A stretch of DNA of 64,000 nt, from the IMG/VR virus record IMGVR_UViG_3300030380_002570; one strand, written 5' to 3'. The notes under the pieces were generated by a model, which saw only the letters and a list, made by a program, of their open reading frames with translations, did no database searches and was not told where the DNA came from. The stretch comes from an uncultured virus (IMG/VR IMGVR_UViG_3300030380_002570). Taxonomy: Duplodnaviria > Heunggongvirae > Uroviricota > Caudoviricetes. Position 1 is the stretch's first letter, and each line of letters opens with the position of its first letter. Positions 54,684 through 63,557 of the stretch are shown piece after piece. Both the position numbers and the translations under genes were made by a program.

Positions 54684-55714
54684 TGCGATCCGTCGTGATA
54701 TCTAGCGTTATGTGCGCTACCAGACGTAACCTCAGTGTCATTACCAGTAGCAGTTAATCGCTCAAATATAACAGTATTGGTATTGAAAGTCGTCGTTGTA
54801 TTGAATGTCGTTGTAGTGTTAAACGCTGTGTTGAACGTCGTTGTAGTTGACTGACTAGTGCCTGTCGCTCTTGTCGTGTTAAACGAAGTGGTCGTGGACT
54901 GGCTTGTGCCCCTAGAGGTGGTGGTGTTAAACGCAGTCGAGGTGCTTTTACTCGTTCCAGTCGATCTGGTCGTGTTGAAGCTGGTTGTTGTACTTTTGCT
55001 TGTGCCCCTCGAAGTCGTGGTATTGAAAGCGGTGTTAAACGACGTGCTTGTGTTCTTGCTTGTACCCCTGCTCGTGTTAAACGAAGTAGAGAACGATGTA
55101 GAGAACGACGTATTGAACGAGGTATTTCTACTTGTGTTGCGGCTAGTCTCCGATGGCTTGCCACCTACGGTAGTAAAAAACGATGTAGAGAAACTTGTGC
55201 TTCTACTCGTAGACCTTGAAGTGTTTCTTGATGTGTTTCTACTAGTTCCAAACGTTGTGTTGAAGCTGGTTGATGTATTTCTGCTTGTCCCTCTACTCGT
55301 AGCTGTGGCGAAAGACGTATTGAACGATGTAGTCGTGTTCTTACTGGTGCCAAACGTAGTCGTAGTATTGAACGACGTAGTGGTATTCCTGCTAGTACCC
55401 GTCGCAAATGCCGTGTTGAACGACGTTGTAGTGCTCTTACTAGTACCAAACGTAGTCGTAGTATTGAACGATGTAGTCGTTGAGTTACTGGTGGACTGAC
55501 TCGTTTCAGTTGCACGAGTCGTAGCCGTAGAGCGCGTTGTCGCGGTAGCTCTGGTCGTGTTGTATATAGCATTCCAGACCGTAGCCAATGTACCGCCGTT
55601 ATTAACGACGATAAAGTTCACCTGATGAAGCGTGTTGGCTGTAGCACGGACAGCAATCTGCGAGTCTGTGTCTAGCTCCTTCAGCGTACCATTGTCGTTA
55701 ATAAATATAGCCAC
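54668..55714 (-). CDS. Thr/Ser-rich repetitive fibre-like protein with mirror-complementary halves
   Basis: T-x-T repeats; central VGGKP turn; located in the tail fibre region. Confidence 0.75.
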   Translation of the reverse strand: MAIFINDNGTLKELDTDSQIAVRATANTLHQVNFIVVNNGGTLATVWNAIYNTTRATATTRSTATTRATETSQSTSNSTTTSFNTTTTFGTSKSTTTSFNTAFATGTSRNTTTSFNTTTTFGTSKNTTTSFNTSFATATSRGTSRNTSTSFNTTFGTSRNTSRNTSRSTSRSTSFSTSFFTTVGGKPSETSRNTSRNTSFNTSFSTSFSTSFNTSRGTSKNTSTSFNTAFNTTTSRGTSKSTTTSFNTTRSTGTSKSTSTAFNTTTSRGTSQSTTTSFNTTRATGTSQSTTTTFNTAFNTTTTFNTTTTFNTNTVIFERLTATGNDTEVTSGSAHNARYHDGSQWTED

Positions 55715-55723
55715 TATTCGTTC

Positions 55724-56377
55724 CTAGCTAATGACGTAAAACACATGCCCGTCTGGGAACCCAGAGGCAGATGTCGGATTCGAGCTAACAATGGACTGTG
55801 TACCTACAGTTTTGCCATTAGACACAATATCAGTAAATGTACCAGCCGCTGCTGTACTGCCGCCTATGACCACGTTGTCAATCGTTCCGCCGTTGATATC
55901 TGCGGTGGTCAGAGTTGCGCTTGCAATCGTAGCACTTGCAACATCGGCTAACTCTAGGTCTATCAGAGCATCTGTAACCGCTGCACCAGCGCCAGCACCA
56001 TCTAGAAAAACAACTTTAACGTTACCGTTACCAATTGTTACTGTAGCGCCAGATCCTTGCTTGATGACGATGTTTTGCGACCCACTTGTTGCATTCTCTA
56101 TGATGTGAACACGGGTCATTGTATTCGGCCCAATCGTGATAGTGCATTCCGAATCTAAGGTCCCCGTGTACTTAATGTACATTGCACGAGCAGGGTCAGT
56201 TGAACCATCCGCTACCGTAGACGTATGAGTGTCTGCATTGGTTGTAATTGCTTCAGTTCCAAAGCCTAAAGCCTCACCTATCAACTCAAGGTTAGTATTC
56301 GTACTGGTGCCCCATGTGCCTGACTCATCGCCATTGGCGATTTCTTTTAAGCGCAGGTCATTAACGTAAGTTGCCAT
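55724..56377 (-). CDS. Tail fibre proximal/adaptor protein
   Basis: G-x-x-SGTWG-x-x-TN-x-NL motif; INGGTID repeat. Confidence 0.65.
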   Translation of the reverse strand: MATYVNDLRLKEIANGDESGTWGTSTNTNLELIGEALGFGTEAITTNADTHTSTVADGSTDPARAMYIKYTGTLDSECTITIGPNTMTRVHIIENATSGSQNIVIKQGSGATVTIGNGNVKVVFLDGAGAGAAVTDALIDLELADVASATIASATLTTADINGGTIDNVVIGGSTAAAGTFTDIVSNGKTVGTQSIVSSNPTSASGFPDGHVFYVIS

Positions 56378-57265
56378 CTAAGCTACCTCTGTCCAGTTTG
56401 GTGTCTGACTTGTATCAACAAGCCCCCATATGTTTATAGCAGTAACCGCCCCAGTTGCGCCAACTCCAGTGAGACTAAACACCGCTGTACCCGTCACCGT
56501 CACGTCGCCAGCACTACCCGTACCCGCTACACCCGTAAGAGTAGCAGAAGCTGCCGCAGTCGTTGTAACAGTAGTTACACCCCCTGTTGCAGAAACCCCT
56601 GTTACAGGCGCTGTAGCGCCCGCTGCGACGGCTGGGGCGGTAACCTGCCCTGTACTAGAAACCCCTATGATCGCAGCGTCTGGATCAGCGTCAACCGTTC
56701 CAGCGGCACCTGTGCCCACAACACCCGTAACAGGAGCGTTGATGCTTAGAAGGACCGTAGGCGAACCTAGCGTTCCTGTTCCTTCAACACCTGTAACCGG
56801 CAGTGTGTTGTTACTTATCGTGGATACTGTGCCTACAGATCCAGTTCCTTCAACACCTGAAGGTGCGCCGGTTGCACCACCAGTTGCGGTGCCCGTGTTT
56901 GATGACCCAGTGCCTTCTACCCCAGTAACCCCTTGAACAATGCTCAAAGAGAAAGAGGGCGTCCCTATCTGCCCTGTACCCTCAACACCTGTAACGGGGA
57001 GGGTATTGTTCGATATTGTGGATACAGAGCCGGTAGAACCAGTGGCTGATACTCCCGTGACAGGGACAGTTGCTCCTAACGCAACAAAGACAGACCCTAC
57101 AGATGCCGTCCCTTCAACACCCGTTACAGCTAAGGTGTTGTTTGTAACAGTGGTGGCGGCAGTGACTGCGCCTGTAGCAGACACACCTGTGACTTCGACG
57201 GGCAGGGGTGTTCCCCACGCGCCTTCGCCCCAGCCACCTCTGGCCCAGCCGTTAATTGCCGCCAT
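56378..57265 (-). CDS. Repetitive fibre-like virion protein (VTGV-x-x-TG repeats)
   Basis: About ten ~24-aa repeats; WG-x-x-x-WG N-terminus. Confidence 0.7.
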   Translation of the reverse strand: MAAINGWARGGWGEGAWGTPLPVEVTGVSATGAVTAATTVTNNTLAVTGVEGTASVGSVFVALGATVPVTGVSATGSTGSVSTISNNTLPVTGVEGTGQIGTPSFSLSIVQGVTGVEGTGSSNTGTATGGATGAPSGVEGTGSVGTVSTISNNTLPVTGVEGTGTLGSPTVLLSINAPVTGVVGTGAAGTVDADPDAAIIGVSSTGQVTAPAVAAGATAPVTGVSATGGVTTVTTTAAASATLTGVAGTGSAGDVTVTGTAVFSLTGVGATGAVTAINIWGLVDTSQTPNWTEVA

Positions 57266-57275
57266 GTACTAAGTA

Positions 57276-57707
57276 CTAGGCTATTCGGATAATGGCGTTA
57301 GACGCATCCGCAGTAGGGAACTGAATAGTAAAGTCACCCGCTGTTGAAGTCTTGTCACCACCAAAATCCAATGCACAAACAGCAGGGTCGCCTGATGCGG
57401 AATCATTAAAAATGAGCGCACCCCTAGCCGTGACTGTCGCATTCGAGAACGTAAGATCGGCAAAGTCTGTCAGGGCAGTCGTGCCCGATGAAGACGGGTC
57501 TACGCGGGTTAAGGACGCGCCCTTTGCCGTGTAGTTTGTTCCAGACACTTCGTTAGATGTCGTGTATGCGGTAGTGCCTGCGCCCAAAGAAGCACTGCTT
57601 GTGTACAGTGCCAAGTTGAACGTGCTTCCGCCTGAGTTTAGAAAATTATGTTTTGCTTCCAAAAGCTCTTTCTTGAAAGACGTACACATTGCTGTCGTAA
57701 TAGCCAT
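57276..57707 (-). CDS. Virion structural protein, copy B of 3-434
   Basis: Only two substitutions seen versus copy A. Confidence 0.75.
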   Translation of the reverse strand: MAITTAMCTSFKKELLEAKHNFLNSGGSTFNLALYTSSASLGAGTTAYTTSNEVSGTNYTAKGASLTRVDPSSSGTTALTDFADLTFSNATVTARGALIFNDSASGDPAVCALDFGGDKTSTAGDFTIQFPTADASNAIIRIA

Positions 57708-58000
57708 TATAGACTCCTTATGATGTTCGCCATATCAGCATGGCCTTGGTTTTCAAATTCAGCGGCAAGAGTAACCCTGTCACTACGAATCGCCTCTTTG
57801 ACGTAAAATAAAACTGTTGCCCTAACAGCCCTTTTGAATTCGTTTGCTTGTTCCGCAATCAAAGGATGACAGTTTCCGCCTACGCTAACAATCCTATCCG
57901 CCGCTGCATCAGACCAAAACTCTGGGTCATGGCCTTTGTGATCGGTGGTGGAGACTAAAACATTACCAACCTCAGATTGAGGCGCTTCAAAAAATGACAA
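57707..58000 (-). CDS. Homolog of 434-724
   Basis: Near-identical C-terminal half. Confidence 0.75.
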   Translation of the reverse strand: MSFFEAPQSEVGNVLVSTTDHKGHDPEFWSDAAADRIVSVGGNCHPLIAEQANEFKRAVRATVLFYVKEAIRSDRVTLAAEFENQGHADMANIIRSL

Positions 58001-58002
58001 CG

Positions 58003-58638
58003 TTAACCCCTTGCAATGTCGTATCGGTATTGATCTTGAGCGCCATATCCTTCACCCAAAGCTTTTAAGGATGCCACTGCCTGTGAAAAGCGTTGCTCGT
58101 ATTGAGCCACCTCTTCTGGAACTTTTAAAAACGTAGCAGCTTCCGTCAATGTGCCGTACAGCAAAGCGTCCGGCGCGTTATCGGATAGCCACGTAGTATC
58201 TGACCCGGAAGTTGTAGTTAAAGATGCGGGTCGATATTGATAGTGAAGCTCAAACGCATAGTCCGCAGCGGGAGTTGGAGACAAGATAAAAGTGCTTTCA
58301 TTAAACAAAGCATAATACCGCGTTTCTCCCGTCGTAGACGCATTAGGGGTAAACGCCCGAATAAACGAAGCTTGTTTTAACAAAGGGTAGCTGTATTCAC
58401 CACTGACAATCAAAGCCAAGCTGTATGAGGCAAGAAAATCAGAAGGTGTGGATAGGTACGGGTTCCCGCTAGAAGCTTGCCCCGTAACATTTTTGCGGAA
58501 CACTGGCAAAGTGACGTTTTTAAGTATTCGCTCTTCCGCCTCTTTTATAAAGGTATCCAGTTGCGAAACAAACGTAGACTCAGCGGTTTCGCAATAGTCT
58601 TGAACCGCCGATTTTAAGGTTGCTAGAGTAAAACTCAT
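58003..58638 (-). CDS. Head-tail adaptor-like, homolog of 729-1373
   Basis: Shared motifs. Confidence 0.65.
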   Translation of the reverse strand: MSFTLATLKSAVQDYCETAESTFVSQLDTFIKEAEERILKNVTLPVFRKNVTGQASSGNPYLSTPSDFLASYSLALIVSGEYSYPLLKQASFIRAFTPNASTTGETRYYALFNESTFILSPTPAADYAFELHYQYRPASLTTTSGSDTTWLSDNAPDALLYGTLTEAATFLKVPEEVAQYEQRFSQAVASLKALGEGYGAQDQYRYDIARG

Positions 58639-58937
58639 GTTATCACCACAGTGGCTTCACCCACCTGTGTAAAACCAACAACAGGTAAAGTGTTTGGGTT
58701 ATCAACGGTAGGCAATCCTACAGATATGACTAAAGGCTCAACCCGGTCTGGGCGAGGGTTTTGTAAAGCCTGCGGGTCACTCACCTGCGTGAGAGGCAGT
58801 AGTTGTGGTTGTTTTGGTTCAAATTCGTCAAACCCAACCAAACTACCATTCCATTCTTTCCGCATTTTACTTAGCTTGTACCGAAAACCTGATCGATCAG
58901 AAATGCCGTATGCGTTTTTTCCAGAGGCAAAAGCCAT
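58635..58937 (-). CDS. Homolog of 1373-1687
   Basis: DRSGFRY...PQ...NPRPD. Confidence 0.7.
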   Translation of the reverse strand: MAFASGKNAYGISDRSGFRYKLSKMRKEWNGSLVGFDEFEPKQPQLLPLTQVSDPQALQNPRPDRVEPLVISVGLPTVDNPNTLPVVGFTQVGEATVVIT

Positions 58938-58939
58938 AA

Positions 58940-59824
58940 TTACACCCCGTACTTGTACGCAGGCGGACTTATTTTAAAAGAAGCCCTGTCACGATCTTCT
59001 TCCATGGCTCTAATCATTTCCTCTTCGTAAACACTTTTAAGCATGCCCATCATCTGCGGATTTTTTTTCATAGATAAGTAGTACGCCAGCCCTGCTGCCA
59101 AACAAGGGTAAAAGCGAAAGGGAACATCTACCGTATTTGTGAAGTTATCTGCGTCTTCAATTCGAGTAAGACGATTAAACTTAACTATATCCGTGTTGTT
59201 GTCTGGAACCGGCCAGATCTTTAAAACAGGGGTAATTTGACGGTCCAAGAAAAATTGACTTGGTCTGCCCGTTTGGGTTTTGGTAGGTATGTTTAAAAAC
59301 TCAGATCGACTTAATCTGTCTATTTCAAAGTCTGTGCCATCGCGAGTCACAACAGTAGACAGAATGTCTATAGTTGACTGCACATCGCTAAGATCTTGCG
59401 CAGCGGATACCGTAGTAGTCGCCCCGCTAGTGCCGCCAGTTATTGTCTCTCCGCTAGAAAAAGTCCCTGACGGGACCGTAGTTGCCACAGAAGTTGCTGT
59501 CGGCTTGCTAGTAATAGACGCCGTGGCTGAACTGCTTCCACCAGTGATTACCTCTCCAACAGAAAAACTTGCAGAAGATGCAACAGATAAAGTTAAAGTT
59601 CCGGCAGGATATTCACTGATGCCCGAAGCCAACGTGATAGAGGTTTGATCTATCGTCCACTGATTCAAGCCTCGGTTAGCCCAATCAGCAAACAATAAAT
59701 TTAGCGACCGTTTTGCAGTTTTTAGATCATAGCCCGTGCGAAGCTCTAAGCCACATCGCTCAAATGCTTCTTCAATGTATTCAGCTACATCAATCTCAAA
59801 ATTTTTGCTGTTACTCGTTGTCAT
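58940..59824 (-). CDS. Neck/adaptor protein, homolog of 1684-2376 with ~70-aa insertion
   Basis: EEAFERCG, WANRGLN; insert with two F-x-x-GE-x-ITGG repeats. Confidence 0.7.
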   Translation of the reverse strand: MTTSNSKNFEIDVAEYIEEAFERCGLELRTGYDLKTAKRSLNLLFADWANRGLNQWTIDQTSITLASGISEYPAGTLTLSVASSASFSVGEVITGGSSSATASITSKPTATSVATTVPSGTFSSGETITGGTSGATTTVSAAQDLSDVQSTIDILSTVVTRDGTDFEIDRLSRSEFLNIPTKTQTGRPSQFFLDRQITPVLKIWPVPDNNTDIVKFNRLTRIEDADNFTNTVDVPFRFYPCLAAGLAYYLSMKKNPQMMGMLKSVYEEEMIRAMEEDRDRASFKISPPAYKYGV

Positions 59825-60488
59825 TGTATAGGTTATCGAATACACGGTTCACATCAAGAACATAGTCTAAATCAGACTTCGAGTAATGTATGTGAGCCGA
59901 AGGCTTAAAATCTGGAGCGCCTGTACCCGTTTCAAACCACGCGGGATGTGTTACACGAACCCGGTTGTTTGGTAATGCAACGATGTTACCTGTCCACTCC
60001 CCCGCATCTAATAGTTGCAGCACATGACTTTGCTTGTGTTGTGCTGGGTCGTCTGCAATTTCACTTTCAGTGTAGTCTACTGTGAAAAGGTACTTGGCGG
60101 GATACATTTCTCCGCCGATTTTTGCCATCCAAGGACATGGCGTTGCACGATCTAAAACATAAACAGCATGGTGGTGTGAAGAGCAATCCCAAGGTTGCGC
60201 GTCATGGACTGCCATAGGTTCCGGCCATTCCTCTAAAGGAACGTCTGCAACCAAAGCCGTTATGGGCATTCTTGCCCACATCGCTCCGCCATGAACGGTA
60301 TCTTCCTCTTCACCCTCTGCTTCAATACCCGTAAAAATCATCTGAAAACTCAGACATCTACACGGCATTGTAGTCACGGCTACGGCCATGGCGTGCAAAA
60401 ACTCGCCATGGTAAGCCTCGTGGTTATGAGTAAATTCTTTTCTTACCCAGCACTTAAAATGCGGGATGTTGGACTGTAGGTAAGCCAT
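59811..60488 (-). CDS. Homolog of 10756-11445
   Basis: MAYLQSNIP...ALPNNRVRVTHPAWFETG. Confidence 0.8.
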   Translation of the reverse strand: MAYLQSNIPHFKCWVRKEFTHNHEAYHGEFLHAMAVAVTTMPCRCLSFQMIFTGIEAEGEEEDTVHGGAMWARMPITALVADVPLEEWPEPMAVHDAQPWDCSSHHHAVYVLDRATPCPWMAKIGGEMYPAKYLFTVDYTESEIADDPAQHKQSHVLQLLDAGEWTGNIVALPNNRVRVTHPAWFETGTGAPDFKPSAHIHYSKSDLDYVLDVNRVFDNLYNDNE

Positions 60489-60491
60489 ATT

Positions 60492-60743
60492 TTATTTGCT
60501 TACCTTCCCACCCCGGCGATAGCCCTTAGACTTCATTTTGGACACTTTGCCACCCGTCTTCATGCCTTTAGACTTTACAGCACCGCCCATCTTCATGCCT
60601 TTAGACTTTACGGCACCACCCATCTTCATGCCTTTGGACTTCATGGCACCGCCTTTCTTCATGCCTTTGGACTTCATGGCAGGCGCTTTCTTTTTCGCTG
60701 CTTTCTTTTTGGGGGCACCGTTGCCCAGATTTACTACTGACAT
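60492..60743 (-). CDS. Basic repeat protein (KSKGMK-x-GG)n
   Basis: 11-aa tandem repeats, homolog of 10395-10769. Confidence 0.7.
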   Translation of the reverse strand: MSVVNLGNGAPKKKAAKKKAPAMKSKGMKKGGAMKSKGMKMGGAVKSKGMKMGGAVKSKGMKTGGKVSKMKSKGYRRGGKVSK

Positions 60744-60750
60744 ATATACC

Positions 60751-61077
60751 TCACAGGTACTTGGTTACTTTTCTGCGGTTTTCTAATACAGCCCCGCAGC
60801 CTCTCGCAATCTGTTGACGAACCTCGCCGCCAGTGCTCATGTTCCGAACGGTCGCCTTACGAGTGTTTTTTACAACCGTCTTGCCTTTTCCACCCGCCTT
60901 CTTCTTTTTACGCGCCGTGGCCGCTCGTTCTGACTTGCTTAAAGAACGAGCTTTTGACTCAGGTAAACAACGATCTGGGTTTTTCTTGTCCGGCGAAGTA
61001 CCGCATTTGCCTACGATATTGCCTGCGCTATCAATACGAACCCAGTTCTGTTTTACCCACTTTTTTAAATCACCCAT
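60751..61077 (-). CDS. Lys-rich protein (LKKW-x-KQ-x-W...CLP)
   Basis: Loose homolog of 2792-3046. Confidence 0.6.
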   Translation of the reverse strand: MGDLKKWVKQNWVRIDSAGNIVGKCGTSPDKKNPDRCLPESKARSLSKSERAATARKKKKAGGKGKTVVKNTRKATVRNMSTGGEVRQQIARGCGAVLENRRKVTKYL

Positions 61078-61304
61078 CAGCGACCTTTCCGCTTACCGCC
61101 TTTTGATTTCTTGGCGTAGTTTGGGTCCTTACAGTATTTGCTCGCAGCAAGATTAGCGTAAGCAGACGGATACGTGTCGAAAGTACGCTTTGCCCAAGCT
61201 TTACCTTCAGGGCATATTTTGCTGCCCTTACTTTTTTTAGACGCCGCACCGCCCTTACGATAATAGGTAAGTCCTTTTGGCATGTTTGCTCTAGTCATTA
61301 CCAC
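61077..61304 (-). CDS. Lys-rich protein (YPSAYAN motif)
   Basis: Coupled ORF in the basic-protein cluster. Confidence 0.6.
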   Translation of the reverse strand: MVMTRANMPKGLTYYRKGGAASKKSKGSKICPEGKAWAKRTFDTYPSAYANLAASKYCKDPNYAKKSKGGKRKGR

Positions 61305-61582
61305 GCTTTACAACTCCAATAGCGAGCAGAAAACTTGTCTTTAGCCGTATCACAGTTGTGTCTGGCACGAAAGTTAGACCGTCTTGCGGGCTGATCTTTC
61401 TTAATAGACATCTTAGGATCACCAAATCTAACTAACTTGATTTCAGTGCCCTTTTTAGCCAGCACCGCGCTTTTTTTAGATTTTCCCGGCGTGCGCTTGG
61501 GTTTGTTAAAACCAGCAAACGTTTCACCTCGGTACTTTATCCGACCGGAAGGAAGTCGTTGAACGTCCTTGGTTGTAGCCAT
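61298..61582 (-). CDS. DUF5754-like Lys-rich protein
   Basis: VRFGD...FRARH-x-C...ARYWS; homolog of 2463-2795. Confidence 0.6.
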   Translation of the reverse strand: MATTKDVQRLPSGRIKYRGETFAGFNKPKRTPGKSKKSAVLAKKGTEIKLVRFGDPKMSIKKDQPARRSNFRARHNCDTAKDKFSARYWSCKAW

Positions 61583-61594
61583 ATCAAGTCCTTA

Positions 61595-61999
61595 CTAGCT
61601 GAAGTTTTTCCTTAAATACAAAATTACGGTGTAGGTGTCGCCACTAGAATGCCCAACGGTCGTAAAGTTTACGTCGCCGGTTTTACCGGAGCCTGCGTTA
61701 TTAGACAGACCGCCAAACTTGGTGTAATCGTGATCACCGCTCTGGTTTTCACCTAGTTCAATACAAAACAAATCTGAGGACGCATCCCACAAGATTTGCA
61801 CTTTCATACCGATGCACTGCCACCAAATCCGTTCGATGGTGACGCCCGTACAGGTGTCACCGTCCGCGCTAGGCTGCAAGGCCGAAACATCTACCTTTGT
61901 GACGGCACTTTCACCAGAGCCGTCAGAAATGTTAGTCAGTTTCAAAACAGCGGTTTTCGGTCCATCCGCTAGCGTTTGTGAAGCTACTGTATCAGCCAT
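61595..61999 (-). CDS. Homolog of 3231-3635
   Basis: TN-x-SDG-x-GESAVTK-x-DVSAL. Confidence 0.7.
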   Translation of the reverse strand: MADTVASQTLADGPKTAVLKLTNISDGSGESAVTKVDVSALQPSADGDTCTGVTIERIWWQCIGMKVQILWDASSDLFCIELGENQSGDHDYTKFGGLSNNAGSGKTGDVNFTTVGHSSGDTYTVILYLRKNFS

Positions 62000-62011
62000 A
62001 ATTGCCTCCTA

Positions 62012-62518
62012 TTACTGGTCAGCAAATTCAGGTGCAGTTGCGCTCGTAACATTGCCAAAGATTTGGTAGTTAGTGGTGTTCAAGCCAACAATAGTGACCT
62101 CGCAACCAGCAGGAACGTTCATCTTAAAGCTGCTGTTTGAGTTTCCATCAGAAAACACTGAGCTAACTTCGTTGTCGGTATCAAGGAATGTAACGCCGCC
62201 AATGTAAAAATTACTGTTGCCGGGAGTGAGAATGATCGCGTCTGTAGCATCAGCAGCGCCACCAGCATAAACAAACTTAAACACAGACCCTGCAACAGGC
62301 GCAGGAAGCGTGTAGGTGTTGTCTTGCCCGCCGTCTGGAATAAGAAGAACTCTTCCACTGTGCGTTGCGTTGGTTAGAGTTACGTCTCCGTCAGAAAGGC
62401 TTACCGGACCGTCACCCAAAGTGGCAACCTCGGTAAGTGCTCCGGTCGTAGCATTTTTGCTTACGGTTTTGAAGGTGCTTTCAGATCGCACCGCACCTGA
62501 GAAAGTAGTAGTACCCAT
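62012..62518 (-). CDS. Capsid fibre/decoration, homolog of 3648-4169
   Basis: MG-x-TTF-x-GAVRSE; RBS spacing favours ATG 62518. Confidence 0.65.
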   Translation of the reverse strand: MGTTTFSGAVRSESTFKTVSKNATTGALTEVATLGDGPVSLSDGDVTLTNATHSGRVLLIPDGGQDNTYTLPAPVAGSVFKFVYAGGAADATDAIILTPGNSNFYIGGVTFLDTDNEVSSVFSDGNSNSSFKMNVPAGCEVTIVGLNTTNYQIFGNVTSATAPEFADQ

Positions 62519-62585
62519 GTTCATCTCCTGTCGTGGGTTATGTCAGCCACACCATGCGGCTGTCAGGGATGCTTTTAGCATACAC

Positions 62586-62622
62586 AAAAAAGAAAGGGGC
62601 AACAATGTGCCCCTTCTTTTTT
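62586..62622 (-). terminator. Rho-independent terminator after the second MCP
   Basis: AAGGGGCAC-loop-TGCCCCTT hairpin with flanking A and T tracts. Confidence 0.8.
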
Positions 62623-62638
62623 ACAAGCTTTTACAAGC

Positions 62639-63544
62639 TTATGCACCGGGAGTGCCGATAACGGATCTCCAATCGGAAACACCGAACGAGTATCGCTCTC
62701 GCGCTTTAAAGCGCATGTTTCCAGTGTCAAAGTCACCTTCCATCGCAGTTTTGATGGCGGTTCTTTGAAACAGTTTGAAGCCATTAGGGGCATCGGTTTT
62801 GACAAAGAACGCATCAGTGTCTGTCAGGAAGTGGTTTACCACTGCTCCCTCTGGAAGCATACCCATAGACTTGAGTGCGTTAGTGTCATTGTCGGCAGTG
62901 CCGGGACGCAGGTTAGAGTTCAACACTCGTTCTGCGATAAATTGCAGTTCCTTTGGAATGATTAGTTTCATTCCGCGAACAGCAATCTTCAGGCCACGCT
63001 CGTCGGTAAAGCCTGCGATATCAATCAACATCTGCTCAAGAGACGTTTCGTTGAGATCAGAGGCAGTTGCCAGTACGTTCGACTGATTACCCGAAATAGA
63101 CGGGTGATCGGCTGCGCACAAGGCCGAGCCGTCTCCGATAGGGTTAGACGTGCTGAACGCATTGTTCAGTACGCTTGCCGCTCGGATTTGCTTGGTTTGT
63201 GACATGGAACGTGCCAGCGCACGAGTGTAGCGTGCCGCCAACTTGTCATAGAGATTATCTTCGATAGCTTCCTCGGTGATCGAAAAAGCCAGCGCGATTG
63301 TCTCGTGCGAGTATCGTGCAGTGAAAGTTTCCTGCGCTTGGTCGAACGAGATAGCGCCGCCTTCTGATTTCACAGGGGCAGTACCGAAGCCAGAGAGCAT
63401 TACTTCTTCTTCAAACGCTCGGTCCGAAGACTCCGTGTCAAAGATTTCTGCGTGCTCTTGGTCGTAACGATCATATTCTAAGCCGAACAAAGCATTTAGG
63501 CCGGGTTCAAGCTCTTTCGCCAATTGGGCGCGTGTAATAGCCAT
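62639..63544 (-). CDS. Major capsid protein, copy B
   Basis: Colinear diverged homolog of 4268-5176. Confidence 0.9.
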   Translation of the reverse strand: MAITRAQLAKELEPGLNALFGLEYDRYDQEHAEIFDTESSDRAFEEEVMLSGFGTAPVKSEGGAISFDQAQETFTARYSHETIALAFSITEEAIEDNLYDKLAARYTRALARSMSQTKQIRAASVLNNAFSTSNPIGDGSALCAADHPSISGNQSNVLATASDLNETSLEQMLIDIAGFTDERGLKIAVRGMKLIIPKELQFIAERVLNSNLRPGTADNDTNALKSMGMLPEGAVVNHFLTDTDAFFVKTDAPNGFKLFQRTAIKTAMEGDFDTGNMRFKARERYSFGVSDWRSVIGTPGA

Positions 63545-63557
63545 TTAGACTCTCCCG

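Larger units (their letters stand above)
1..57273. mobile_element. Near-complete tailed dsDNA phage genome (podovirus-like), circularly permuted
   Basis: Contains terminase, portal, capsid, tail, lysis and replication modules. The sequence at position 1 (tactaggctattcgg) recurs at 57274 in the same gene context. Confidence 0.9.

Noticed and set aside
54858..57272. Long plus-strand Val-rich ORFs (54858-55499, 56430-56936, 56940-57272)
   Set aside because: Antisense shadows of Thr-rich repetitive minus-strand genes.
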